Shown here: piece after piece, positions 39,169 through 48,547 of the stretch
Position numbering within the stretch: position 1 is the stretch's first letter
Layout: every line of letters begins with the position of its first letter
NCBI RefSeq assembly: GCF_000315625.1
Contig: NW_005434670.1
Coordinates: forward strand, 558,016-622,015
Direction of reading: 5' to 3'
Source of the DNA: Guillardia theta CCMP2712
Taxonomy: Eukaryota > Protista > Cryptophyta
Length of the DNA: 64,000 nucleotides
Program-made: the position numbers and the translations under genes
Notes under the pieces: generated by a model
Seen by the model: the letters and a program-made list of their open reading frames with translations, nothing else
Told to the model about the DNA's origin: nothing
Databases searched by the model: none

Positions 39169-39588
39169 TTAGGATTGATAACACAAGTCCTTCCCACAGA
39201 CAGCCTTTATGCTGTTTGAGCCGGAGCAGATCAAGGTTTTGCAGAGTTTGATGGTGCACTCAGGACTTGCTGGGGCGGCAGATCTGATCGGGTTGTTGAG
39301 GTGCCAGACGTAAGTGAGTGAGAAGGTTAGCATGCACCCGCCTATGAAGCACAGGCAACACACAAGGAACATGTTGCAGAACCTCACGTCGATTTTCTTG
39401 AGCATCCCCGGTGACTCATAGAGGGTTTCCTTGGGATTCGTTACGATGGACATTCCTTCTTCGACACCTTGCTCTTGCATTTCAAAGTTTGTTCCTGTGT
39501 TCCGGCTCATGATTTCACAGCAGCGACCGGCTGGCAGCGCGACTTTCGCTCTTAACCCACGGATTTCTTTTGATAGCTCTTGCAACAA
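39169..39588 (-). CDS. Small hypothetical single-pass membrane protein with a Cys-rich C-terminus; 5' exon uncertain
   Basis: ORF with the hydrophobic segment FCNMFLVCCLCFIGGCMLTFSLTYVW and four C-terminal Cys. Confidence 0.45.
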   Translation of the reverse strand: MLQELSKEIRGLRAKVALPAGRCCEIMSRNTGTNFEMQEQGVEEGMSIVTNPKETLYESPGMLKKIDVRFCNMFLVCCLCFIGGCMLTFSLTYVWHLNNPIRSAAPASPECTIKLCKTLICSGSNSIKAVCGKDLCYQS

Positions 39589-40437
39589 AAAGTGTGTGAA
39601 TCAGCGCAAGGAAGATCTCGAGCCAGAGATCGAGGAGAAGGTCACAAGGATGGACTGTGCAGGTAACAACGGTGTTCGTAGAAGAAGCAAATTCGCAGGT
39701 GGTAGTTTGGGGATCACCAGAATTGCTCGTATGAGAGAGGAGAAATGTGGCGAGTGAAAGATGATGGAGGGAACGGTGATGAACTCTGGAGGAGAAGGCT
39801 TCGAGCACAGTAGGTGTAGGGGAGCAAGGCAGGGGAGGGGGAGAAGTTGGGGGAGGGGAGTATGGCAGGGAGGCAAAGGGAGGAATGTAGTCGGGGGAAC
39901 ACTGCGAAAGTGAGGAATGTCAGGGGTAATATGGGGTCCTTGGTTGCCAGGGTGGTAGGTACAGCTATGAGAGGAGTACTAGATGTAATGTAGTACTTTA
40001 TTTCATTAGTCTCAATTGGAAAATATTCGAAAATAAGGCACTGTGTTAGAGACACTCAAATCTGTTGAATTCCTCGTTCCAAGGGTGGGTGGGTAGAGCT
40101 GGTCATTCTGACCTAAAATGCCTTGTTTAACTAAAACGCTTGACTGAAGGCTCCGAGTCGCCGTTGAACTCACGGGCCGACGACCGACGGCCCGCCGGGC
40201 CGGCCCGCCCGGCGAGTCCGACGGGCTCAGTACCGAGTCGGTCGGAGTCTCGTCCGAGTGCCGGCGGCCCGGCCCGGGCTTCCACGCCGGCCCTTGGAGT
40301 GCCGCTCAGTTACGGCGGCTCCGGGTCCGATGCAGCGGCCAGCCCCGAGGGCCGGGCCCAACTCACTGGCCACCGTACCGTCCACGGTGGCACTGCCAGT
40401 GTGGCAAGCCTTACTGTGCCTAGCCTTCTTTACTCAA

Positions 40438-43400
40438 AGTTAAGTTAAAAATCAGTACGAGGACAATCAGGAGAGTCGAGGAGGCTTGACCCTGACACTG
40501 TCGCACAGGCCAAACGGCGAGAAGAGAAAAGACAGCGAGAACCAAACCTAAACCTGCCGACTGCTGTCCCCCAAACTTAACTGATACCTTCACTTAACGG
40601 CGCGCAGGACAAGTCCCCGCGCGGCCATGCCAGCGATGTCGCGGTGGCCGCCGCCGAAGGAATGAGACGCATACCGGGATGCACCCGCGATGATGGCAGC
40701 GTAGGACAGGGAGGCCTTGAGCTGACGGAAGATCCTGGACCGAATGCGTTTGCAAGTCGGATCACCTGAGACGTCTTGCGAGGCCGAGAGACCATCCAGC
40801 GCTGCCGTTTCCTTGTTCGCCGAGCGATCCGCCAGCCACCACAGAAAGCGCAACGCATCGTCCTGCAAGAGGCCATCAGTGCTGGCGATGATGGGAAGAA
40901 AGGCCTTTGGCGGGACGTGCTGAGCATATGCATTACGATGCCCTCGGATCTTCCGCTGTGCTGCCGCTTGCAGTTTGCTCCGAGCGAGGTCCGGTATTCC
41001 ATCATTGTCAAAAACATGTGACATGCTGAAGTCCAGGATTAACCCATGCCATCCGCCGCCAGTAGCCATCAGTTGTGGAAGTTCAAAGTCCCCTACATGA
41101 TGATCTTCAGGGCCATGTTGGGAAACGTTCTGCCTGGTGCCGGGTACGCCTTGCACGTGGACGCGGCATCTCACTCCGGAATCTTTGATGAGGGTACTGA
41201 GGACGGCATTGCACTTCTCATGCGCATCAGTCCATAACTGGCTGCGGTGCCTGCAGGTTGCCATGTGTGTGGTCCCCCCAGGATGACGAAGAAGATGATG
41301 GCATCGATCGCAGTGCGGCGGGAGGTCAACCGGCAATCCATGAAGAAACTTGTCAGCGGCAGCCACCAAGCTGATGGGCTGCTGCTCAAAGATCCCAAGG
41401 TTTGTACTTTCCATAGTCGAGTGCCAAATCGTGCGCTGAGGGGTAAACTGAGACAGAAGGTCATCAACCGGGTGGCCTGGTACTCGAAGGGGAGTAGAGA
41501 AGCTGGAGTGGTGTGCCAACAAAGATCTCTGGCGCTCTGAAAGGTGAGCCCGAATACTGCGGAACCGGGGAAACTCCGAGAGGAACTGAGCCGTGAGCTC
41601 CCGCTGGGCGGGGATGAAAAGCGCACTGCCCGACGTCCCAAATAATTCAGGCGAGGGGATCCAGCCATTGTCGCACGCCTGAGGAAGCTCCGCCAAGGAG
41701 GTGTACGCCGAGATGCCCTGCTCCATCAAGTGCCTGTGAGTGTCCAAGAAGGCAGCAAGCATGGGGACAACATCCCCAGCGTCCGCTTGCTGCGGTTGGC
41801 GGATTCGAAGCTCAGTGTCAGAAATGATCCGGTGGAAGAGTGGCGGTGTAGGGAAAGTCCAATGCTGGAAGATGGCAATTTCACCCGCCCATTTGAGAAA
41901 CTTGGCAGTCGCCGACCAGAATGCGGTGTAGGCCACGCCCTCCTGCGGGGTGAACCCATCTCCTCCAGCACTATAAGGCAACTGACGTTTGAAGTAGGCG
42001 AACTGAAGGTCAGATGGAGGGGTGCCAGGGGCAGGTTGCAGGACAGATGAACCCTCCTGTGCCTGGTTCTGTGGCCACTGAAACACCTTCGCCAGGAGAC
42101 GGAGATTCGCGACGTCAAAGCACTTGCACTGGGCAGCGGTCAAGGCCGGGGAGATTCCACGCAAGAAATATTGGAGGGTGGGAACGTGGGTCGTTTTCAA
42201 GAGCTGCTTGAGACCCAACGCAATGGGAAATTGTTCCAACTGGGTCAATTCAGCATTGAGGGCATTCACCTTGGCAGTGATAAACTCTTGCTGGAAGGAC
42301 TGAGATCCTATCGGGATACCTCCCAGGATGATCCCCTGGCCGCGGAAGGCAAACTGCTGCAAGCCCGGGTACCTGCTGCAAATATGCTCTTGGATGGCTT
42401 GTTGCTGACTAGATTGAAGTTCACACCAGGACGAGGAGAATATCTGCGAATCCCTGGGTTGAATCTCCAATCCTAGCTCTTGTTTTAAAGTATCAACCAG
42501 CGATGCAGTAGCCTGTGCGGCAACTGAGAGCTTTCCAATAACAGCCATGTTATCCGCATAGGCCGGGAAGACACAGTCGGGAAAGGTCTCTGCGACTTTG
42601 ACCAGGGAAGGGAAGGTGGTGTGCGCAAAGAGAGCCATCGCCAAGGGGTCCCCCTGAGAAACTCCCGTGGTGGCCGAAAAAGCCCGAGTCTCTCGCTGAT
42701 GTTTCAGAAATAACTTACCTGCCTGGCCATAATATTGATGAACATACGGAAGGACTCCTTGGGAAAAGTTCTCACAACGATGCTCGGGAGCAAGGAGGAT
42801 GTCAAATAGCCGTTGGCGAGAGATCTCATTGAAGGCATTTCTTGCGTCGATCATGATGATTACCGTGGGATCAAAATTATCAGACTCACCTTCGCCCTGG
42901 TCTGTGAATGGGTTGGCAAAAGAATGGGGTCCTAACAGGCATTCGATGGTCTTGCAGAATTTGAGACAACCTTCCTCCAGACCCACGCAAAATTGCAGGA
43001 CCCGAGAGTGACTGAGGGTGAAGTGGCTCTCCAAAGATTTTCGGTAGAAACGACAGAAGATGCTAGACACAATCCTTCGCTCCAGGTCCCCTATCACAAT
43101 AGGTCGGATTCCGCTCTTTTCCACTGACTTGGCAGCAGGAATGAATCGCCCCCCTCTGGTGTATTCCTCGAGGAAAGCGCCCGAAGGGATTCCCAGCGCG
43201 ATCGGCTTCAATATGAGGTTAATGTATCGCTGTTTGTGATCATCATGCAGTCTGAGAATGTGTCGCAGGTGCTGGAACGGTCGCCAACCAAATTGATCAG
43301 GGGCCGAGGAAGCAGTGAATCGCCGCAGGAATTTCCCTACCTCTCGCTGATCTAAAATCTTGTCAAGCAATGAGGCCGGTTCATCGGCGATGGCATCGTC

Positions 43401-44092
43401 GAGCTGAGCACTTAGCATTTGCCTTGAGGAGCCGACTGCGTCTAGGAGCGTTGGAGGAATGGGTTCCAGTCTCGTCGGAAATTTCTCACGAGTTTGCTGC
43501 CATAGGTGCTCAAATGGATCTGGGGAGAGGCCATGGCCCACAAGCGCCTGTCGAGCTTTCTTCATATCCCGATTTTGGTAATGCTCAACAGCCGAGAGGA
43601 TTTTCTTTTTCTCCAACTGCTCGCTCTCCATCACTGGCTGCTGCACGCCCGCTCTCGCACGGTCAGGTCCTTGTGGGCGACCTGCATTTTGACGGTTAGG
43701 TTGTTGGCGCCTACCTTGCGGTGCCCGCGGTCTCGTGCCTCGTCCCGACCCAGTTAGTCCCGCCGTGGGCTGCTGCGTGACATCCTGCGGATCTCCACCG
43801 CTGCCAACCGCTGGGCCGTCTTGGTCAAAAGAAACACCCTCTTCTAGTTTCAGCAATGTCTCCCAACGCCCTTGGAGGAAATGGTGGATACGGTAGCTCA
43901 CATCTCGGTTTTGTCGCGAGATTGCAAGAACTGGATTCACTCTCAGCAGGAGCAGTGGGAGACAATGCCACAAGCTCCGGATAATCTTAGCTTCCTCGCA
44001 ATGCAAGTCAGGGTAACCTTGTAGCAGGTCTAACGTAAACTGTAGCGCACTCTTCCATTTATCAATCGTCTGACTGTGACTGCGGCCTACTT
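40438..44092 (-). mobile_element. Non-LTR retrotransposon, RLE-type, CRE/SLACS-like clade, 5'-truncated
   Basis: Single intronless 1138-aa ORF with RT, CCHC knuckle and restriction-like endonuclease region. The frame stays open to ~44090 without an in-frame ATG at the start. TTTACTCAA occurs on both flanks. Confidence 0.88.
40590..44006 (-). CDS. Reverse transcriptase / zinc knuckle / RLE polyprotein
   Basis: SAPDQFGW, GIRPIVIGDLERR, QFCVG, IDARNAFNEISR, GVSQGDPL, YADN, LGGIPIGS; CxxC-x(12)-HxxxC; H...GD...LDFS...K...FLPIIASTDG. Confidence 0.92.
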   Translation of the reverse strand: MHCEEAKIIRSLWHCLPLLLLRVNPVLAISRQNRDVSYRIHHFLQGRWETLLKLEEGVSFDQDGPAVGSGGDPQDVTQQPTAGLTGSGRGTRPRAPQGRRQQPNRQNAGRPQGPDRARAGVQQPVMESEQLEKKKILSAVEHYQNRDMKKARQALVGHGLSPDPFEHLWQQTREKFPTRLEPIPPTLLDAVGSSRQMLSAQLDDAIADEPASLLDKILDQREVGKFLRRFTASSAPDQFGWRPFQHLRHILRLHDDHKQRYINLILKPIALGIPSGAFLEEYTRGGRFIPAAKSVEKSGIRPIVIGDLERRIVSSIFCRFYRKSLESHFTLSHSRVLQFCVGLEEGCLKFCKTIECLLGPHSFANPFTDQGEGESDNFDPTVIIMIDARNAFNEISRQRLFDILLAPEHRCENFSQGVLPYVHQYYGQAGKLFLKHQRETRAFSATTGVSQGDPLAMALFAHTTFPSLVKVAETFPDCVFPAYADNMAVIGKLSVAAQATASLVDTLKQELGLEIQPRDSQIFSSSWCELQSSQQQAIQEHICSRYPGLQQFAFRGQGIILGGIPIGSQSFQQEFITAKVNALNAELTQLEQFPIALGLKQLLKTTHVPTLQYFLRGISPALTAAQCKCFDVANLRLLAKVFQWPQNQAQEGSSVLQPAPGTPPSDLQFAYFKRQLPYSAGGDGFTPQEGVAYTAFWSATAKFLKWAGEIAIFQHWTFPTPPLFHRIISDTELRIRQPQQADAGDVVPMLAAFLDTHRHLMEQGISAYTSLAELPQACDNGWIPSPELFGTSGSALFIPAQRELTAQFLSEFPRFRSIRAHLSERQRSLLAHHSSFSTPLRVPGHPVDDLLSQFTPQRTIWHSTMESTNLGIFEQQPISLVAAADKFLHGLPVDLPPHCDRCHHLLRHPGGTTHMATCRHRSQLWTDAHEKCNAVLSTLIKDSGVRCRVHVQGVPGTRQNVSQHGPEDHHVGDFELPQLMATGGGWHGLILDFSMSHVFDNDGIPDLARSKLQAAAQRKIRGHRNAYAQHVPPKAFLPIIASTDGLLQDDALRFLWWLADRSANKETAALDGLSASQDVSGDPTCKRIRSRIFRQLKASLSYAAIIAGASRYASHSFGGGHRDIAGMAARGLVLRAVK

Positions 44093-44639
44093 TTTACTCA
44101 AGGCCTACCGTACGGCCGGGGCGGCCCGGCGGCCCGGCCCGTGCCAGACCGGGTCGATCCGGAGCAACCGGTGACCCCTACTAGGCTACGCTTTACGCTA
44201 TCACATTCTCTGGTTTAGGTAAAAGGACCCGGTGGTCCGCCTATTCGGGCTGACGACTTTTGGCCGCAGGGAAGAAACAAAGCCGTCTTTACTGGGTTCT
44301 GATCCTTGAGTAAATATTTTGCTATACTAAACGTTTACTCAAAAAGAATTTTGCCGGGGGGTAGGGCAAGTAATAGAAGGTGGGTACTATGATGAGGCAC
44401 AAAGGTGCTTGCTTTGTACCCGTACTTTCAAAATCAATTTTTGGGGGAAAAGGGGGTAGGGGTTATTGGGGCAGGTCAGTGAAATTGGGGTGGTAGGAGG
44501 CCGCAGTCAATGGCGGAGGGACGTGGAAGGGAGGGAAGTTGAAGAGAAGAGAGGCAGAAGAAGAAGAGATGGCGATGAAGAGATGAACTTTGCCAGACTT
44601 GTCTAGTGTGAAGCTGTTTGTCACCCTGCTTTTACAAAG

Positions 44640-46751
44640 ATGATGCGGAGTTTGCCTACATTTGCCTGGTTGCTTGGCATGGCGGTGTACATGCAGACCA
44701 CCGAAGGCTTCGGGTTTTCATTGCCCGGCAGGAATGGTTTGCACATGGGAAAAGGCCGATTTTCAAACGACCTAAAATGTGTCGGGAATCGAAGATGCAC
44801 AAAGCGCCATGTTCTCACTCCTGTCGCTCAATCATCAGGGGCGCAGGTTCTACAAGACGAGGATTTGAAGTCAGAGGGGAAGAAAGGTGATCCAGCAGGA
44901 GGATGGTGGAAAGATAGCAGTCCACAGAGAACAGTGGAACAAGCAAAGCTCAAGTATTTGAATCAGTTTCCAAATACTTGGCAACCGGCAGAGAGTCTAA
45001 CGCTAAAGCGCAAGGGAGACAAAAAGGACACGTACAAGACTGCAGGAGTTGAGTTTAAGACAGCAACTCCTGACAAAGTGTATGATGCAGCAATCGTAGG
45101 AACTGGTCCTGCGGCCATTGCCATGGCTGATGCCCTGGCTCTGGAAGGCATGACAGTTGCTGTTGTTGGGCCGATCGCAGGAGCGTGGCCCAACAACTAT
45201 GGCGTTTGGATGGACGAGTGGAGCGTGTTGGGTCTCCCCGACTCTTGCATCGAGTCGCAGTATGACACGACTAGGATCACTATCTCTAAAGGGAACAGCA
45301 TCAGCATTCCCCGCCCTACGGGAAGGTGAGCGGGCCCAAGACGCGCGAGTTCTTCCTCAGGCGATGTGCGGAGAACGGTGTCGAGGTCCTGGATGAGCTG
45401 GTGACGGACATTGTGCATGGGGACACTGAGAATCCCTCCGTCTTCAAGACGGCAGGCGGTGAAACCATCCGCTGCAAGGTGCCCGTAGTGGCGGCTGGTC
45501 ACTACTCGCCACTTGTCAAGTACCAGTCCCCTGGGGTGGAGTTCATGCGGATTGAAGGAGAGTACATGACGAGGGACTGGGGGAGGCTGCTGCAGGTGCC
45601 TCCCAACCAGAGGCCTGTCATCACCAACGAGTACGTCGAGTCGGGCCCCCTCTCTCAGCTGTCCTGGAAGCATAGCATCCAGTTCGACTCAGTGCGGCCC
45701 GGCCAGCATGCGTGGGGGTGGAACTGGGGGTGGAACCCTGTACTGCGTGGGCTCAAGGTTCCCAGCTTCATCCCACTCTTCGGGGACTGCGAAGCCATCG
45801 GAGGAGGAGCGCCAGGGTATCAGATTGCGTATGGAGTAACCGTCGAGTGCTCGGAGCCTCACGGCTTCCCCCTTGACGAGATGCTGTTGATGGACTTCAG
45901 CACCGACCACCTTGAAGGGGACGAGGAGCTGGAGGGAGGCATCGACGGGCACGTGCCGACCTTCCTGTACGCCTTCCCCTACGACGAGAAACGAATCTTC
46001 TTGCAGGAGACCCTCCTTGTAGCCAGGAACCATCGCGCGTTCGCCAAGTCTTTGCAGATGGAGGAGATGGTGAGGAGGGTGAACAAGCGAATCGAGAACC
46101 TCAAGCTGGAGGTCACCAAACAGTATGACGAGGAGTACTCGGTCATCCCCATGGGCGGCCCTCTGCCCGTCCTCGGCCAACCAGTGGTCGCTTACGGGGC
46201 TGCGGGTGTGATGGTACATCCAGCTAGCGGGTACATGATCAACAGGGCGATCTTGTGGGCCCCCGAGGTGGCGCGAGCTCTTGCCTCAACCCTCAAGGAG
46301 ACCAACAATGCTCAGCTCGCTACGGAGGCTGCATGGGAGGCCCTGTGGCCCAAGCAAAGGCTCATCGAGCGAGACCTCTACTGCTTCGGAATGGAAGTTC
46401 TCCTTGACCTCGACGTTGCTCTCCTGAGAGACTTCTTCTCTGCCTTCTTCGCTGACCCCAAGGAGAAGATGTGGAGACAGGTCAGCTCCTGCTGCCTCCT
46501 CAACACGTGCTAACTTTCAACTAGTTCTTAGCATGGAGCATGACTCGTCCGGGAGAGAAACCATGGAAGATGAGCATCTTCATGATTCTGCAATTCTTCA
46601 GAGGCTCTTGGCCCCTCAAAGCAAGACTTGTTCGAGAAGCCATGTTCAAGGTGATGATACTGTTCAAGACTTGATTATCTTCTCATTCCTTTCACAGGAT
46701 GGTCTTCATCTTCTCAAAAGCATTTTCGAGATGCCGTTCCCTTTCGATTAG
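44640..46751 (+). CDS. Plastid-targeted CrtL-type lycopene cyclase (beta or epsilon); apparent 1-nt frameshift at ~45315
   Basis: Signal peptide ...QTTEG-FGF; dinucleotide-binding YDAAIVGTGPAA; WPNNYGVWMDEW; PGYQIAYG; PTFLYAFP; ETLLVAR; EYSVIPMGGPLP; VHPASGY; FGMEVLL. Confidence 0.93.
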
Positions 46752-46859
46752 GATGTAAAGATAGCAAGTGTACAATCTCTTTATTTTCCATGAACAATTT
46801 TTCACCACTGGTAGCAACCCGTTATTTAGAGCTTTTATATGCTGTGCCAAGAACAAAGT

Positions 46860-46906
46860 TTCGATCAGGAGCGGACTCGAACCACTCAGTTTCCAAACTG
46901 ATCAAA
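46860..46906 (-). ncRNA. Miniature tRNA-like (mascRNA-like) element downstream of the histone H1-like gene
   Basis: Minus strand reads TTTGATCAG-TTTGGAAACT-GAGTGG TTCGAGT CCGCTC-CTGATCGAA: 6-9-bp acceptor-like stem, short GG-containing linker or hairpin, T-arm with canonical loop. Confidence 0.7.
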
Positions 46907-46911
46907 TTGGT

Positions 46912-46926
46912 GGTGTTAATAACACC
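46912..46926 (-). promoter_or_regulatory. Histone mRNA 3' stem-loop (H1-like)
   Basis: GGTGTT-ATT-AACACC followed by ACCAA, 59 nt after the stop codon. The stem is identical to that of H3. Confidence 0.78.
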
Positions 46927-46985
46927 AGTTCGAGCTCCTTGTGTCAAGTAACGTAGGGGCCACGAAGCAATCGCACTGGCTGAAT

Positions 46986-47327
46986 TTACTTTTTCGTCGC
47001 CTTGGTGGTGGCAGTCTTCTTCGCAGCAGTCGCCTTCTTAGCAGGGGACTTCTTGGGCTTGGCAGCTGCCTTGGTCGCCTTGGGGGCCTTCTCGGCCTTG
47101 GGCTTGGTGACCTTGGGGGCCTTCTCAGCCTTGGGCTTAGTAGCCTTAGGGGCCTTAGTGGCAGTCTTCTTGGCGGGAGACTTCTTGGGGGCAGCGGTCT
47201 TCTTGGGGGCAGCAGCCTTCTTAGCGGGGCTCTTCTTGGGCTTGGTGGCCGCAGTCTTCTTGACAGCAGTAGCCTTCTTCGCGGGACTCTTGGCCTTGGG
47301 GGCTGCTGCTGCTTTCTTGGGCGGCAT
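46986..47327 (-). CDS. Lys/Ala/Pro-rich histone H1-like protein lacking a globular domain
   Basis: 113 aa MPPKKAAAAPKAKSPAKK... with repeated (K)KSPAKK CDK-type sites. Carries a histone stem-loop in its 3' UTR. A splice acceptor (tgtag) lies 3 nt before the ATG. Confidence 0.8.
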   Translation of the reverse strand: MPPKKAAAAPKAKSPAKKATAVKKTAATKPKKSPAKKAAAPKKTAAPKKSPAKKTATKAPKATKPKAEKAPKVTKPKAEKAPKATKAAAKPKKSPAKKATAAKKTATTKATKK

Positions 47328-48547
47328 CTCCTACATGTGAGGTTAGTCATGAGTCTTTGGAATGTAATTTCAGAGAGTTTGATGTGAAACATGAAGTCAA
47401 ACAAATAACATGCGATCGGACAAGAAAAATGCAGCAGTATCGGGGCAAAAATCCAGTTACCCTTCCAATTGCAAATAAACAGTCTATCAATGAACACAGC
47501 AAGGGCATAGAGGCAAGGAACAGACAGCAAGTGAGCATAGCGAGACAGAGGAGAAGGTCACTGCGGCATGAGCCCGGACATGGGAAGGTTACCGTGGCAG
47601 GCGTGGTAAGGATTCGGAGAAGGGCGGGAGGCAAGTAAAAGGAGGGGAAGGGGAGGGGGCAGGGGGAGGGGTCGTGGAGTGCCTGAGTACTCTAATATAG
47701 GGGGGTAGGGTTCAACAGAGATCCTGTGTTTGAGGTTTGATCGACTGCGGGGCTGTGTTCTTCATGGCCTACCCTTCCATTTCTTGTACCGGTACTTGGA
47801 CTCTTAAAAGTAGCTCTAAATAGGGGTATAATCGAGATCCTTGTGCAAGTCCAGGGGTGTCCATCAGTGGGGGTGGAGAGTTTTTTTCCCACGGGGGCAG
47901 GAAAGAATGGATGGTGAGGAATGTGAAACGGGGTGGGTGGGGGAGCCGTAGACCGGTGTCTAGGTATGGACTTTGCAGGGTACTACAACAGAGGGGCCCG
48001 GATGGTTGACAGGGGTGGGTACTCAACTGAGGCAGGCCGTTTCCTGTTCGAATTTTCAAACGATTCGAATTTTTTTTTCCTCGCCCGGGGCCGCAGGACC
48101 TCTGAGGCAGGCCTGAAAGGAAATAGGGAGCGACGGGCTGCGCCGTGGCTTCACATAACCGTTTGGCGGATAATTGTAACTGACAGGTACCAGAATTAGC
48201 CTCCATGGCGTGCTCCGTCTGTCGGGCGATAAAGGATGGGATGAATGGCGTGGGGAGGCAGTGGTGAGCAAGAGCAGGGAGCACCCCGGCCAATAGAGCA
48301 ACCTTGAGGTAGTGTCCGGAGGAGGAGTTCAAAGGCTGAAGAAAGAGGGAAGGAGGCAGCTGGAAGGTTAGCTCGGTCTCTGGATTTGAGCAGGGGAAGG
48401 AGCAGGCGCGTTCAATCGGTCAAGCTGGGCATGTTCTGATCGTTGAAAGGATAGCAGCAAGGTAAGGATATTACCAAAGAAGTGGACGTGGTGGGTGTGT
48501 TTTTCTCGGTGATGACAAATGCGTTTCAGGGAAGAAAAAATCAAAGC

